Notes: generated by a model from the letters alone, not told the origin. DNA of 64,000 nucleotides from an uncultured Bacillales bacterium (GCA_946410555.1 CAMKAT010000003.1:5007-69006), one strand, 5' to 3'; counted from the stretch's first letter, positions 9,473 to 19,491 are shown. Program-made: numbers and translations.

Positions 9473-11332
9473 CTAAATATTTGTTTTAAACTTATCTTTA
9501 TTTTTTAATTCATGAATAACTAAGCTACTCATTAGAATAATTATTAAAGCTATTAAGATACAATTTTGAACTCCAGTTTTTGGATTCATAACTGGTTCTT
9601 TATTATTTATATCATCTTCAGTACTATTATTGATTTCTTCAGCTGCATATTCTGGTTTTAAGCTTAACAATTTTGGAATGTCATATTCCCATTGATTTGC
9701 TCTTCTGTTTGCTACAGTTGGTGTTATTCCATTTATATAAGCACCAAATCCATTATCTGATGGATATTCACTCATTCTATGCCAAATCCAATTTAAATGA
9801 TATTTAGTAGCTAAATCATAGAAGTCATCTGTATATGTTCTATCGTTTGAATAATTATTTACATAATAAGCAATTAAACAGAACTCACCATAGTATAAAG
9901 GACTTCCATAACGAGCTGATACTTCATCTAAGTATTTGAAGTAATCTTCAAGTTTATCTCTACCTTGTACTAAAGCATAACCATTAGCATTAGGTTTTAC
10001 CCTTACTGTATTAAGTTCATATGTTATTCTACTTTCAGAATTGTATCCTGTAAGATCAACATTAAATTCAATTCTTACTTTTTTACCTTTAGTAATACCT
10101 ATTTTTAAATTACTAAGTGGATCCCAGAATAATTGAGAAGTTTTAGAATTACTTAATGTATAAGTATTAAATAAATCAGATATTTTAAAATATTCAAGTT
10201 TTTCTGCCGGATCAGTTGCACTTGCTTCAAATGCTAAGTGTTCAGTATTGTCTTCATCAATTTGATAAATTTTTAATGTATTAATTTTAACAGTACCATC
10301 ATCATTGAATTTAACGAAGTCAGTAACAAACCATGCGAATCTACAGTCGTTTGTAGGATCAACACATTCTACTGTTTGACTTAAATTCATGTTATCAGTA
10401 AATGAAGTATAGTTACTAATTCCTGGGGAATTATATCCTCTGTAATTACCCTTTTCAACTTCAATGCCTTTGGCAGCAGTCATATTAATAACTCTATATT
10501 CTTGACTATAAATTAAATTATTATATTCATGTCTTGAGTCGAATAAGAAGTTTCCACCTGTTACATTTGGATAAATCGAAATCTCAGGATCTACATATGG
10601 GTAGAATGATGTATCACTATATTTTCTATAATTGTGAACTGGTTGGAAAGAAATTATAGTATCAGGGTCTATTGCTCTGATTTTATTTACAGTTGTTTGT
10701 AATAAATTACTATAGTAATCTAACGCTTCTGTTTGCTCATTTCTATAACAAACTTGTGGCTCATTTAATAATTCATATCCAAGAAGAGAACCATAATCTT
10801 TAACTGTTTCTGCTAATTTTTCCCAAACTGCAAAGAATTCGCTTGTCCATGGATGTCCACCATCCGCATTAACAAAACAAAATTCATTTCCAGCTGAATT
10901 AGTAAATTGATTTGGTAAACTATCTTTTACAGCATGCATATCAAGTATTATATAAATGCCAGCATCTTCAGCGTTTTGCATTAACGTTCTTAAAGCTTCT
11001 AGATTACTCTCTTTAAATGCATGAGTTGAGTAATTATAAAATAATTCTGAAGTAACTTGGAATCTAATACTATTAAATCCTGCTTCTTTTAGAAGAGTGA
11101 ATGTTTCTAAACTCATTCTTTCAGGTTTAATGTATTCTGAACCAAATACTTGAGCAATGGCAATACCATTCATTACGAATTCATTACCATCTGAATCTAA
11201 TATCTTTCTATTTTCTACGTGTAGTTTTTCATGTCCTACATCAATATACTTATAATCATAAGCTTTAACAGGATTAATAAATGATAAAGCACAAATAATT
11301 ATAAGAAAAAAACACATGTAGTTTCTTTTCAT
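9473..11332 (-). CDS. Membrane-anchored glycoside hydrolase family 5-like enzyme
   Basis: Signal peptide; GFNSIRFQV, YIILDMHAVKD, YELLNEPQVC (acid/base), FQPVHNYR, PLYYGEFCLI (nucleophile), WIWHRMSEYP; C-terminal TM LIALIIILMSSLVIHELKNKDK. Confidence 0.85.
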   Translation of the reverse strand: MKRNYMCFFLIIICALSFINPVKAYDYKYIDVGHEKLHVENRKILDSDGNEFVMNGIAIAQVFGSEYIKPERMSLETFTLLKEAGFNSIRFQVTSELFYNYSTHAFKESNLEALRTLMQNAEDAGIYIILDMHAVKDSLPNQFTNSAGNEFCFVNADGGHPWTSEFFAVWEKLAETVKDYGSLLGYELLNEPQVCYRNEQTEALDYYSNLLQTTVNKIRAIDPDTIISFQPVHNYRKYSDTSFYPYVDPEISIYPNVTGGNFLFDSRHEYNNLIYSQEYRVINMTAAKGIEVEKGNYRGYNSPGISNYTSFTDNMNLSQTVECVDPTNDCRFAWFVTDFVKFNDDGTVKINTLKIYQIDEDNTEHLAFEASATDPAEKLEYFKISDLFNTYTLSNSKTSQLFWDPLSNLKIGITKGKKVRIEFNVDLTGYNSESRITYELNTVRVKPNANGYALVQGRDKLEDYFKYLDEVSARYGSPLYYGEFCLIAYYVNNYSNDRTYTDDFYDLATKYHLNWIWHRMSEYPSDNGFGAYINGITPTVANRRANQWEYDIPKLLSLKPEYAAEEINNSTEDDINNKEPVMNPKTGVQNCILIALIIILMSSLVIHELKNKDKFKTNI

Positions 11333-11356
11333 TTAAATCATCCCTATTCTTTTTAT

Positions 11357-11365
11357 ATTATATCA
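11357..11365 (-). promoter_or_regulatory. Extended -10 promoter element TGATATAAT for GH5-like gene
   Basis: Minus strand TTATGATATAATATAAAAAGAATAGGG ~30 nt before ATG 11332. Confidence 0.6.
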
Positions 11366-11412
11366 TAAGATGATTTAAAATAAACTTTCATGTGTAAATA
11401 ATTGTATTAAAA

Positions 11413-12117
11413 TTAACCAATTAAATGATTGGCATAGAAGTAATTTATTATATCTTGTTGAGATGGTTTAACACATGTAAAATTAGGGTTTTCACCACTC
11501 GTTGTTGGAGCTTCTGGATTTCCAATTGATTTGTATAATAATTCAAATGTTTTACCATCAAACATATTCCAATCATTTCTATAACAATTTCCATTAGTTA
11601 ATCCTTGTGCTGTAGCAGCACCCTTCTTTGTTGCAAAATATTTAAATATTGAAAATTCAGGTGTCATACTAACAATATCTGATACTGTAATATCTCTATT
11701 TTGAGGAGTTACATGGTCATAATCAAATCCTTTATTAATAAAAAAATCGTCTGAATATAGAGTCATAAAATAGCTATAATTATCAACCTCGCCGCTTACT
11801 GAAGGATCAGTTGACCAATTGAAGTATCCTATAGAACCTTTAATATTATTTTGACCAATATTCAAGTCTTCATTTATGTCATAATATATCATTATATAGC
11901 CATCATAATCAGCAAATCGTTCACCTTGTTTATCTAAATCTTCGATATATTTCTTTTCAGCTGCTTGAATAGCTAAATTTGCTACTTCTATAATAGTATT
12001 CTTTTTAGAAGTATTAATTATATTAAGTACATTAGGTATAGCTATTACAAGTAATATTCCTAAGATTACTATTACTGCAAGTAACTCTACTAATGTAAAT
12101 CCTTTGTTCTTTTTCAT
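11413..12117 (-). CDS. Prepilin-type N-methylation motif protein (type IV pilin/pseudopilin-like)
   Basis: MKKNKGFTLVELLAVIVILGILLVIAIPNVLNII is a class III prepilin N-terminus. Confidence 0.9.
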   Translation of the reverse strand: MKKNKGFTLVELLAVIVILGILLVIAIPNVLNIINTSKKNTIIEVANLAIQAAEKKYIEDLDKQGERFADYDGYIMIYYDINEDLNIGQNNIKGSIGYFNWSTDPSVSGEVDNYSYFMTLYSDDFFINKGFDYDHVTPQNRDITVSDIVSMTPEFSIFKYFATKKGAATAQGLTNGNCYRNDWNMFDGKTFELLYKSIGNPEAPTTSGENPNFTCVKPSQQDIINYFYANHLIG

Positions 12118-12216
12118 ATCTTCTCACCTACTATAAGTATATCATAGATAGAAATAAAAAAAGATTATAATAATAAATTATAATCTAAGTATACATTTTT
12201 TTGATAAGATTATTCT

Positions 12217-13332
12217 TTATCTATGTATCTCATGTAACTCTTCTTTAGTATGCAAATTAATTTCATATATTTCTTTTAATAATTTATTTTTACAATCTTC
12301 ATATTCACTTATATTAATATGTGTATTTTCATCTAATTCATGTGGATATGAATAAATGTTAATATTGTTAAAGTTATACTCTATTCTTCTTACATTTCTT
12401 AAAAGTTTATCAGATAAATTTCTTTGAATTTCTTCATGCTGATCTTTTAAAGTTAAAATCATGTTATCTAGATTATCTTCAGTGTATCCTTTATTCTTTA
12501 ATATGTTTCTTTTAACTTCAAAACTAATCTCTTTAGCATTAAATCTAACTGGCAAGAAGGTTGGTACAATTACTTCTTTTACATTTATGTTTTCTAAATT
12601 TGAAAACAATATTGAAAGAGCTACCAATGCTCCTGGATTAATTCCTGTTAGATTTTCTGGATATTCTATATTATCGATATTATCTTCTTTTTCAAAAGAA
12701 TCATTTACCTTGAATAATTTTCTTTTTATTTTCTTTTCGAATGATGAAGGTTCTTTTTTATTGTTCATTTGTTGTACTGCATAAATATATGCTTTATTAT
12801 CACTAATACCAAATCTTACAACAGGTAGATCATATCTTGATTCGCCATTTATACATACCGAATGAAGTGCATATGGTGTTTCTTCATAGATTGGTTCTTT
12901 TTCAATACTTGATTCAATATTACATTCTAAGATTTCACTATATTTACTATTATTGATTTCTAACTTGTTGTCTAAAAAATCTATATATCTTTTTATATAT
13001 TTATTTGGATTCTTAAAATCTTCAGAAGTTGCATTATTCCATAAAAGAGTAAGTACAGCTTTATCATAATTTATATCTTCATCTAAAGTACCATTATAAA
13101 AGACAGATGCTTTATTGTAATACTCTATTAATAGATTGTTGAACTCTTCAAGATTATTTATTTCTAAACAAGGAATAAACAAATCATTATTATTTTTCAT
13201 ATTATCTGATGCTTTATATAAATATTTACCATTTACTTTAGTTTCAAATAATACGTTATACATCATAACTGCATCTACACGACCTATGGATGCTTCTTTT
13301 AAAATTTCATCAAAGAATAAATCTATTATCAT
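12217..13332 (-). CDS. Hypothetical protein
   Basis: 371-aa ORF with promoter-like TGTTATAAT upstream (13355..13363); no family recognised. Confidence 0.65.
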   Translation of the reverse strand: MIIDLFFDEILKEASIGRVDAVMMYNVLFETKVNGKYLYKASDNMKNNNDLFIPCLEINNLEEFNNLLIEYYNKASVFYNGTLDEDINYDKAVLTLLWNNATSEDFKNPNKYIKRYIDFLDNKLEINNSKYSEILECNIESSIEKEPIYEETPYALHSVCINGESRYDLPVVRFGISDNKAYIYAVQQMNNKKEPSSFEKKIKRKLFKVNDSFEKEDNIDNIEYPENLTGINPGALVALSILFSNLENINVKEVIVPTFLPVRFNAKEISFEVKRNILKNKGYTEDNLDNMILTLKDQHEEIQRNLSDKLLRNVRRIEYNFNNINIYSYPHELDENTHINISEYEDCKNKLLKEIYEINLHTKEELHEIHR

Positions 13333-13398
13333 TTATATCACCTATTCATTAGTTATTATAACATAAAAAAGATGTAAGTTTTTACTTACATCTATTAG

Positions 13399-14232
13399 TT
13401 AACATCTTCTACTTAATGTTTTTTGATCAACTTCTTTTTTTACTATATTTAAATAACATAATAGATTTATTAAATCTTCATAAGTGTAGAATGTACCTCT
13501 TTTATCACCTTCGATTTTATCAGCAAGATGGAAGATAACACTCTTTTTATCAAAAGTTAATTGAATATTTAAAACAAAGTCTTCAGTTCTTAAGAATAAA
13601 CCTTTTATACCACCATCAATAAAACTAAATTCAGAATATTTAATTTTCTTATATAATTCATTTTCTTCCATTTCTTCAGGTGTATAGTTTTCCCTTGGTT
13701 TTAATTTATATTGAACATCTTCAATGTGATGAGGAAGAATTCCTCCATGTCCTAACCCATCTTCATCAAAACTAGTTTCAATTAAATGATTATTTAAAGT
13801 ATTTAAGTCTTGAAACTCATGATCATCAAATATAACATAATCTGTTACTTCAGGGTGTTCAATTAAATATGCTTGAATATCGTATTCTTTCCACATCTTT
13901 TGACCAAATGGAAAGTTTGGATTTGGTACACATGGTGTTGTACCTATGTAAGGAATGTCATATTTTTTAAAGACTTCTATCACTCTATCTATTACTGTTT
14001 CTTCTCCAAGGACTTCATAATATTCAAGTCCATATTTCCATGAGGATGATATTACGACCTTTAAATCATATTTATCTACGATTTTCTTCAAAGTAACAAA
14101 TTTATCTTCTAACATAAATAATTGATTATTATTTTCATGACGATGTTTATATTCATAATTAATTAAATAATCATCAGTCATTACTCCGTCCATATCTAAA
14201 AATACTACTTTCATAAACTCACCTACTTTCAT
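13399..14232 (-). CDS. HAD-like protein (HAD_SAK-type) paralog 1
   Basis: VVFLDMDGVMTDD (motif I), KVVISSSWKYGLEYY (motif II), DYVIFDDHEFQDL (motif IV-like). Confidence 0.7.
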   Translation of the reverse strand: MKVGEFMKVVFLDMDGVMTDDYLINYEYKHRHENNNQLFMLEDKFVTLKKIVDKYDLKVVISSSWKYGLEYYEVLGEETVIDRVIEVFKKYDIPYIGTTPCVPNPNFPFGQKMWKEYDIQAYLIEHPEVTDYVIFDDHEFQDLNTLNNHLIETSFDEDGLGHGGILPHHIEDVQYKLKPRENYTPEEMEENELYKKIKYSEFSFIDGGIKGLFLRTEDFVLNIQLTFDKKSVIFHLADKIEGDKRGTFYTYEDLINLLCYLNIVKKEVDQKTLSRRC

Positions 14233-14340
14233 TTATATTATAAGATTTATATTAAAAATATACAAATCAATTTCTTTAGGGACTGCCTATTATATTACTA
14301 TTTTATTAAAAGTCAATGAAAAAGATATCCTAAGATATCT

Positions 14341-14877
14341 TTATTCAATATTAGTTAATATATAATCAAAATCTTCAGTATTAAAACGAGTACCACAATA
14401 AGGACATACTCCATAAGCATTAACATTTGCTGGGCTACCACATGCTGGACAATGCATACTCACCTTTATATCTTTAGCGTCTACTCTTTTTTCTAAAGTT
14501 AGAGTTAAAGTATGTTCTTCACGAGTATCATCATTACCACTTTTAAATTTTAAAGTAGTTTTATCTACTAAGTAATTCATATATCTACATATAAGCATTA
14601 CTTTAACTATAATTTTATCTTCAGTTTTAGTAATATTTGTAATACTTGATGTTTTAACATTTAATTCATCATACATTTGTCTAACATTTTTACTATTATT
14701 CTCATCTAAGATTTCTTTATACTTTTCAAATAATTCAGGAGTCATTTTATGTTTAACTCTATTTAAATCATCAAACATTATTCCTGTATATAAAAGTATA
14801 AATATATTATCTACTTTAGATAAGAACATACTATTATTGATCGTTGAATCATAATTATTAATATTCATAAAACCCAC
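14341..14877 (-). CDS. Zinc-ribbon protein with single Tim44-like domain
   Basis: CPACG...CPYCG zinc ribbon at the C-terminus; upstream region resembles the two larger neighbours. Confidence 0.6.
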   Translation of the reverse strand: MGFMNINNYDSTINNSMFLSKVDNIFILLYTGIMFDDLNRVKHKMTPELFEKYKEILDENNSKNVRQMYDELNVKTSSITNITKTEDKIIVKVMLICRYMNYLVDKTTLKFKSGNDDTREEHTLTLTLEKRVDAKDIKVSMHCPACGSPANVNAYGVCPYCGTRFNTEDFDYILTNIE

Positions 14878-14878
14878 C

Positions 14879-16261
14879 TTACCTTTGTTTTATTATTTTC
14901 TTTTTTATGATAATAAATCTATTTGTTGAATCAATTAAGTTAGCTCCACATGATGCACATGTTTTACTTGCTGAATCAATTACTTCAGCACCACAGTTAG
15001 GACAATTTTTAACTACTTTGTTAACACCCTTTTCTACATATAATTCATAAGAACATGAGTGTGTAATTTCATCACCTTGAGTGATTTTACCTTTTTCATT
15101 AACTATGTAATCAACTTGTTCTACATTAAGAATAACAATCATTGAAAGTATATTATTATGGACTTCAATATTGTTTATCTTGCCACTTATAAGTTCTATA
15201 TCTTTCATTATATTTTGTTCTTTTTTAAGTTTAAGTGTCTCTAATTGATATTTATAACTATTATATAATTCATCAGATACTAGTTTACGCATTTCCTCAT
15301 AATCAAAGTTACTCCATGCATATTGAAGTGATTCATAAGTCTTATAAACTTCATTAATAATATTATCTTTTGTTAGTGTTGGATCTAACTTTAATATTTC
15401 ATCAAAATCTATTGGAACTGAAGTGCTTCTAAACTCATTATTAATATTATAATCTACTTCTTTAGTATTAAATATAATTGATTCATCATCTAAGTTTAAA
15501 TCTAGTCCTAAAGAATATACTATAAACATAGGTTTAAGAGTTCCTTCTGTAATCTTAGATTCACCATCTACATAGTAGTTCTTTTCAATAGATGTAAGTG
15601 ATACATCAAAGATAGCTATATTGTCTATTAAATTAACTCTTTTAATTTTTACATTTTCTACCGTTACATCATCAATTACTTGATAGTTATTATTCTTATT
15701 GAATTCATTTATTCTACCTTCAAGGAAAATATAGAAATTATCAGATGTAATACTTCTTAAAGTAGTTAAATCTCTTTTAGTATATGCCTTTTGTAATTTT
15801 TTATACGCATCTCCAATTAAAGAAACAATGTATTCTTTAGTATATTTAGAATCTTTTTCTTTAATAGCATTAAGAATATTATTAATTACTTCAGCATCTA
15901 TATGATTATCTATATATTTTGTATCACTAGCAGCAGTATATATTTTAATACCATTGTTAGGTTTACCCATCAATATTGTAAGCATTATCATTCCACCTAC
16001 GAATAGCATAAATACTAAAAGCATTCCTAATTCAAATTCAGGAGAAGTATTAGAAGTGCTAGTTCCACCACCATATGAATATGAATAGTCATGGGATGAG
16101 TAATCAGAACCCCAAGATGAATATCCACCATAGTCACTGCTTGAATAACTACCACCATAACTATAGTCAAATCCTGAATCAGCTAGACTAATCTTAGGAA
16201 TAACTATAACCATAGCAATTAAAAATACTATTAATACTTTAGATATATTTTTTATTTTCAT
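14879..16261 (-). CDS. Membrane protein with Ser/Gly/Tyr-rich segment, two Tim44-like repeats and zinc ribbon
   Basis: Signal peptide, SYGGG-rich stretch, TM, AYKKLQKAYTKRDLTTLRSITSDNFYIF and YKTYESLQYAWSNFDYEEMRKLVSDELYNSYKYQL repeats, CPNCG...CASCG. Confidence 0.75.
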   Translation of the reverse strand: MKIKNISKVLIVFLIAMVIVIPKISLADSGFDYSYGGSYSSSDYGGYSSWGSDYSSHDYSYSYGGGTSTSNTSPEFELGMLLVFMLFVGGMIMLTILMGKPNNGIKIYTAASDTKYIDNHIDAEVINNILNAIKEKDSKYTKEYIVSLIGDAYKKLQKAYTKRDLTTLRSITSDNFYIFLEGRINEFNKNNNYQVIDDVTVENVKIKRVNLIDNIAIFDVSLTSIEKNYYVDGESKITEGTLKPMFIVYSLGLDLNLDDESIIFNTKEVDYNINNEFRSTSVPIDFDEILKLDPTLTKDNIINEVYKTYESLQYAWSNFDYEEMRKLVSDELYNSYKYQLETLKLKKEQNIMKDIELISGKINNIEVHNNILSMIVILNVEQVDYIVNEKGKITQGDEITHSCSYELYVEKGVNKVVKNCPNCGAEVIDSASKTCASCGANLIDSTNRFIIIKKKIIKQR

Positions 16262-16273
16262 AGCTATCCCTTT

Positions 16274-17662
16274 CTATTGTCTAATTATTTCTTTCTTAAC
16301 AATTATAAAATCTTTACTTACATCCACAATGTCTGCACCACAGGATATACATTTTTGACTTGCTGAATCATTAAGTGGAGCACCACAGTTTGGACATTTA
16401 TCTAACTTTTTATCATCAATACCTTTTTCTAAATATAATCTATAAGAAACCATATTTTCTTCTTTGTTTCCTCTGACCACTTTATTCTTATCAGTATTAA
16501 TAATGTAATCTCTTTGAGTAACAATAAGTTCTAAACTTATATATAATTTCTTGTTATTTATAGAATAATCACGGATAGTACCACCAATGTATTTAATGTC
16601 TTCCATTACATTTCTTTGATTTTTAATTTTTAATGTATCTAATTGTAATTTATAGTTATTATATAATTCATCAGATACAAGCTTACGCATTTCTTCATAA
16701 TCAAAGTTACTCCATGCATATTGAAGATTCTCATAAACCTCAAATGCTTTATTAATAATATTTTCTTTAGTTAAGTTTTCATCTATTGATAAAAGATCTT
16801 CAATAAAGATTTCATGATTATTAGTATTTTTATAATCTACAAGTTTAGTATTAAACTTAACTTCTTCAGTATCTATATTAACATCTAATCCTAAGAAATA
16901 TGAGTAAAGTTTATAATTTGAATCACCAGAAATAATATATTTCTTGTCATCAATATAATAACTAGTTTCTTTAGCAGTTAAAGAAACATCCATATTAATA
17001 TTTCTATCAATTAAATTAATTGAATTTATATAAACACTTTTAACTTCATCGACACTAATAATATGGTATTCTTTTTTAGTGTCAAAAGAATGAAATCTTA
17101 ATTTATAAAATTCATATAAATTGTCAGAGGTGATCTTTCTAATTTCATCTAAATTATGATTTGAATAACACTTTTGTAATTTGATATATGCTTCCTTTAT
17201 TAAACTAATAAGTTTTCTTCTATCAAGAGAGCTATTTAACTCAGCGATTTTTTCAAATGTTCCTTCGATTTTTTCCCTTTTTATTCTTTCTTGAGCAAGT
17301 ACTCTACTTTGTTCTCTTCTTTCTGATTCAATACGTTTTTTATTTTTCATCAAATATTTGATTTCATCCATTTTTCTTTCCATAGCATTAAGAACAGGCA
17401 TCATTAGCACAGTAAGAACTATTACTAATATCATTACAAAAGTCATAGTTGCATCAAAGTGAGGATCATAATAAGTGGAACCTGAGCTTGACCCAGATGA
17501 GCTATATGATGAACCACCTGAATAACTACTAGAACCTCCAGAAGAACCGCCGCTATAACTATAATCAAAACCAGAATCAGCTAAACTGACTCTGGTAATT
17601 ACTACAGTTAATACTAGTACAAAAATAATTAAAGTTTTTGAAATTATTTTTAGTCTATTCAT
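16274..17662 (-). CDS. Paralog of the preceding Tim44-like/zinc-ribbon membrane protein
   Basis: Same architecture: GGSSSYSGGSSYSSSGSSSG, TM, two Tim44-like repeats, CPNCG...CISCG. Ends in TAG. Confidence 0.75.
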   Translation of the reverse strand: MNRLKIISKTLIIFVLVLTVVITRVSLADSGFDYSYSGGSSGGSSSYSGGSSYSSSGSSSGSTYYDPHFDATMTFVMILVIVLTVLMMPVLNAMERKMDEIKYLMKNKKRIESERREQSRVLAQERIKREKIEGTFEKIAELNSSLDRRKLISLIKEAYIKLQKCYSNHNLDEIRKITSDNLYEFYKLRFHSFDTKKEYHIISVDEVKSVYINSINLIDRNINMDVSLTAKETSYYIDDKKYIISGDSNYKLYSYFLGLDVNIDTEEVKFNTKLVDYKNTNNHEIFIEDLLSIDENLTKENIINKAFEVYENLQYAWSNFDYEEMRKLVSDELYNNYKLQLDTLKIKNQRNVMEDIKYIGGTIRDYSINNKKLYISLELIVTQRDYIINTDKNKVVRGNKEENMVSYRLYLEKGIDDKKLDKCPNCGAPLNDSASQKCISCGADIVDVSKDFIIVKKEIIRQ

Positions 17663-17670
17663 ATTAATCC

Positions 17671-19491
17671 CTACATGTTATTTTTAAATTTATCTATTCG
17701 TTTAATTAAATAAATGACTCCGGCTATTAAAGTTATTAATAAAAGACATATAAGTAAATTACTTGTTATTCCTGTCTTTGGATTCATTATTTTGTTTGCC
17801 ACTTTTTCTTCAGCATTTGTTGGATCATCAACTTGTGTATCTTCAGTTGATGCTGCATATTCACCTGGTTGTGTTAACATTGTTGGAATTACATATTCCC
17901 ACATAGAAGATCTTCTGTTTGCTACAGTTGGTGTAATACCATTTACATATGCACCATAACCATTATCTACAGGATATTCACTCATTCTATGCCACATCCA
18001 GCTAACATGATATTGAGAAGACACTCTTAAGAATTCGTCAGTATAGTTTTTATAACCACTATAATCATTAAACATTTGTGACATCATACAATATTCACCA
18101 ATAAATATTGGACTACCATATCTTTTAGCTATCGAATCAAGGTTTTGAATAGTTTTTTCAAACTTATTATTACCTGTCATAATAGTGTTTCCAACTTCAT
18201 TAGCTTGAGTTACTTCTCTTACGTTATATCTTAAGTAATATCTACTATTACTTTCAAATTCAGATACATGTACATCCATTTCAACTTGAATAGTTTCACC
18301 AGCATACATACCTAAAACTAAACTTTGAAATTCAGAACCAACTATATCTTTTCCATGAGACATTGTTATTTCATCGAACATACTCTTAATATTGTACATT
18401 TTAAGTTTTTCTGGATCATCATTTTTATTTGCTTCTAGAGCAAGTACTTTTTCGCCATTTACCATTTTGTAAATTCTTAATTCATTTACCTGTAATGTAC
18501 CACTATTAAAGTTTTGTATTTGAACTGCTAACCATGGAATTGTGCAATCTTTTGTACATGAAATTTCAGTAGAAATTGTAAAATCATTTGATGTAACATT
18601 AACATAATCATCTGCATGATAATGTTGATTTGTTTTAGCACCAGTTGCAATACCTACATAAACAATATCTTGGAAAGATTCTTTTTGAGGGCGCGGATAT
18701 ATATGTTTAACATCTAATAAAAAGTTTGAACCTGTTACATCAGGATAAGGATCAATATTCATTGTTTGATAATTATAATTTTCATCTGATTTTCTAATAC
18801 TATTGATTGGTTGAAATGAAATGATAGTTTCTGAATCTATAGCTCTAATTCTTTCAATTGCAGTTTGAAGTAATCCATTATAATAATTTCTTACTCCTGT
18901 TTGAGTTTCAGAACCCTTAATACAAGCAGTTGGTTCATTAACTAACTCATAAGCAAGTACAGATTTATAATCTTTAGATACTGTTGCTAATTTTTCCCAA
19001 AGAAGGAAGAAATCTTCTTCATATGGACTACCATCAGTACTTACTAAACAGAATTGGTTTTCACCTTCAATTTTAACACTGTGAACATTACCATCTTTTA
19101 AACTATGTAAATCTACGATTATATACATACCTACTTCTTCAGCACGTCTTAAATAATCAGTGAATACATCTATATTTGATTGAATAAATTCTTTAGTTTC
19201 AAAATTATAGAATAAATCTCCTCTTAATTGGAATCTAATTGTATTAAATCCAGTTTCTTTAAGAAGTGTTAAAGTTTCAGTTGAAATTCTTTCTTCATTA
19301 AATGTCCCAGCTTGGAATACATTAACTACTGCCATTCCTTTCATAACAAACTCGTTGGAATCACTGTCTACCATTTTTCTATTAACAACTTTAATTTTTT
19401 CTTTACCAACATTTATGTATTGGTATTCTTGAGCATTTACACAAAAAGGCATTAATGTAAAAACTAATAAAGTAAAAATTAATCTTTTCAT
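17671..19491 (-). CDS. Membrane-anchored glycoside hydrolase family 5-like enzyme, second paralog
   Basis: GFNTIRFQLRG, YIIVDLHSLKDG, YELVNEPTAC, SPIFIGEYCMM, SWMWHRMSEYPVDNG; C-terminal TM LLICLLLITLIAGVIYLIKR. Confidence 0.85.
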   Translation of the reverse strand: MKRLIFTLLVFTLMPFCVNAQEYQYINVGKEKIKVVNRKMVDSDSNEFVMKGMAVVNVFQAGTFNEERISTETLTLLKETGFNTIRFQLRGDLFYNFETKEFIQSNIDVFTDYLRRAEEVGMYIIVDLHSLKDGNVHSVKIEGENQFCLVSTDGSPYEEDFFLLWEKLATVSKDYKSVLAYELVNEPTACIKGSETQTGVRNYYNGLLQTAIERIRAIDSETIISFQPINSIRKSDENYNYQTMNIDPYPDVTGSNFLLDVKHIYPRPQKESFQDIVYVGIATGAKTNQHYHADDYVNVTSNDFTISTEISCTKDCTIPWLAVQIQNFNSGTLQVNELRIYKMVNGEKVLALEANKNDDPEKLKMYNIKSMFDEITMSHGKDIVGSEFQSLVLGMYAGETIQVEMDVHVSEFESNSRYYLRYNVREVTQANEVGNTIMTGNNKFEKTIQNLDSIAKRYGSPIFIGEYCMMSQMFNDYSGYKNYTDEFLRVSSQYHVSWMWHRMSEYPVDNGYGAYVNGITPTVANRRSSMWEYVIPTMLTQPGEYAASTEDTQVDDPTNAEEKVANKIMNPKTGITSNLLICLLLITLIAGVIYLIKRIDKFKNNM

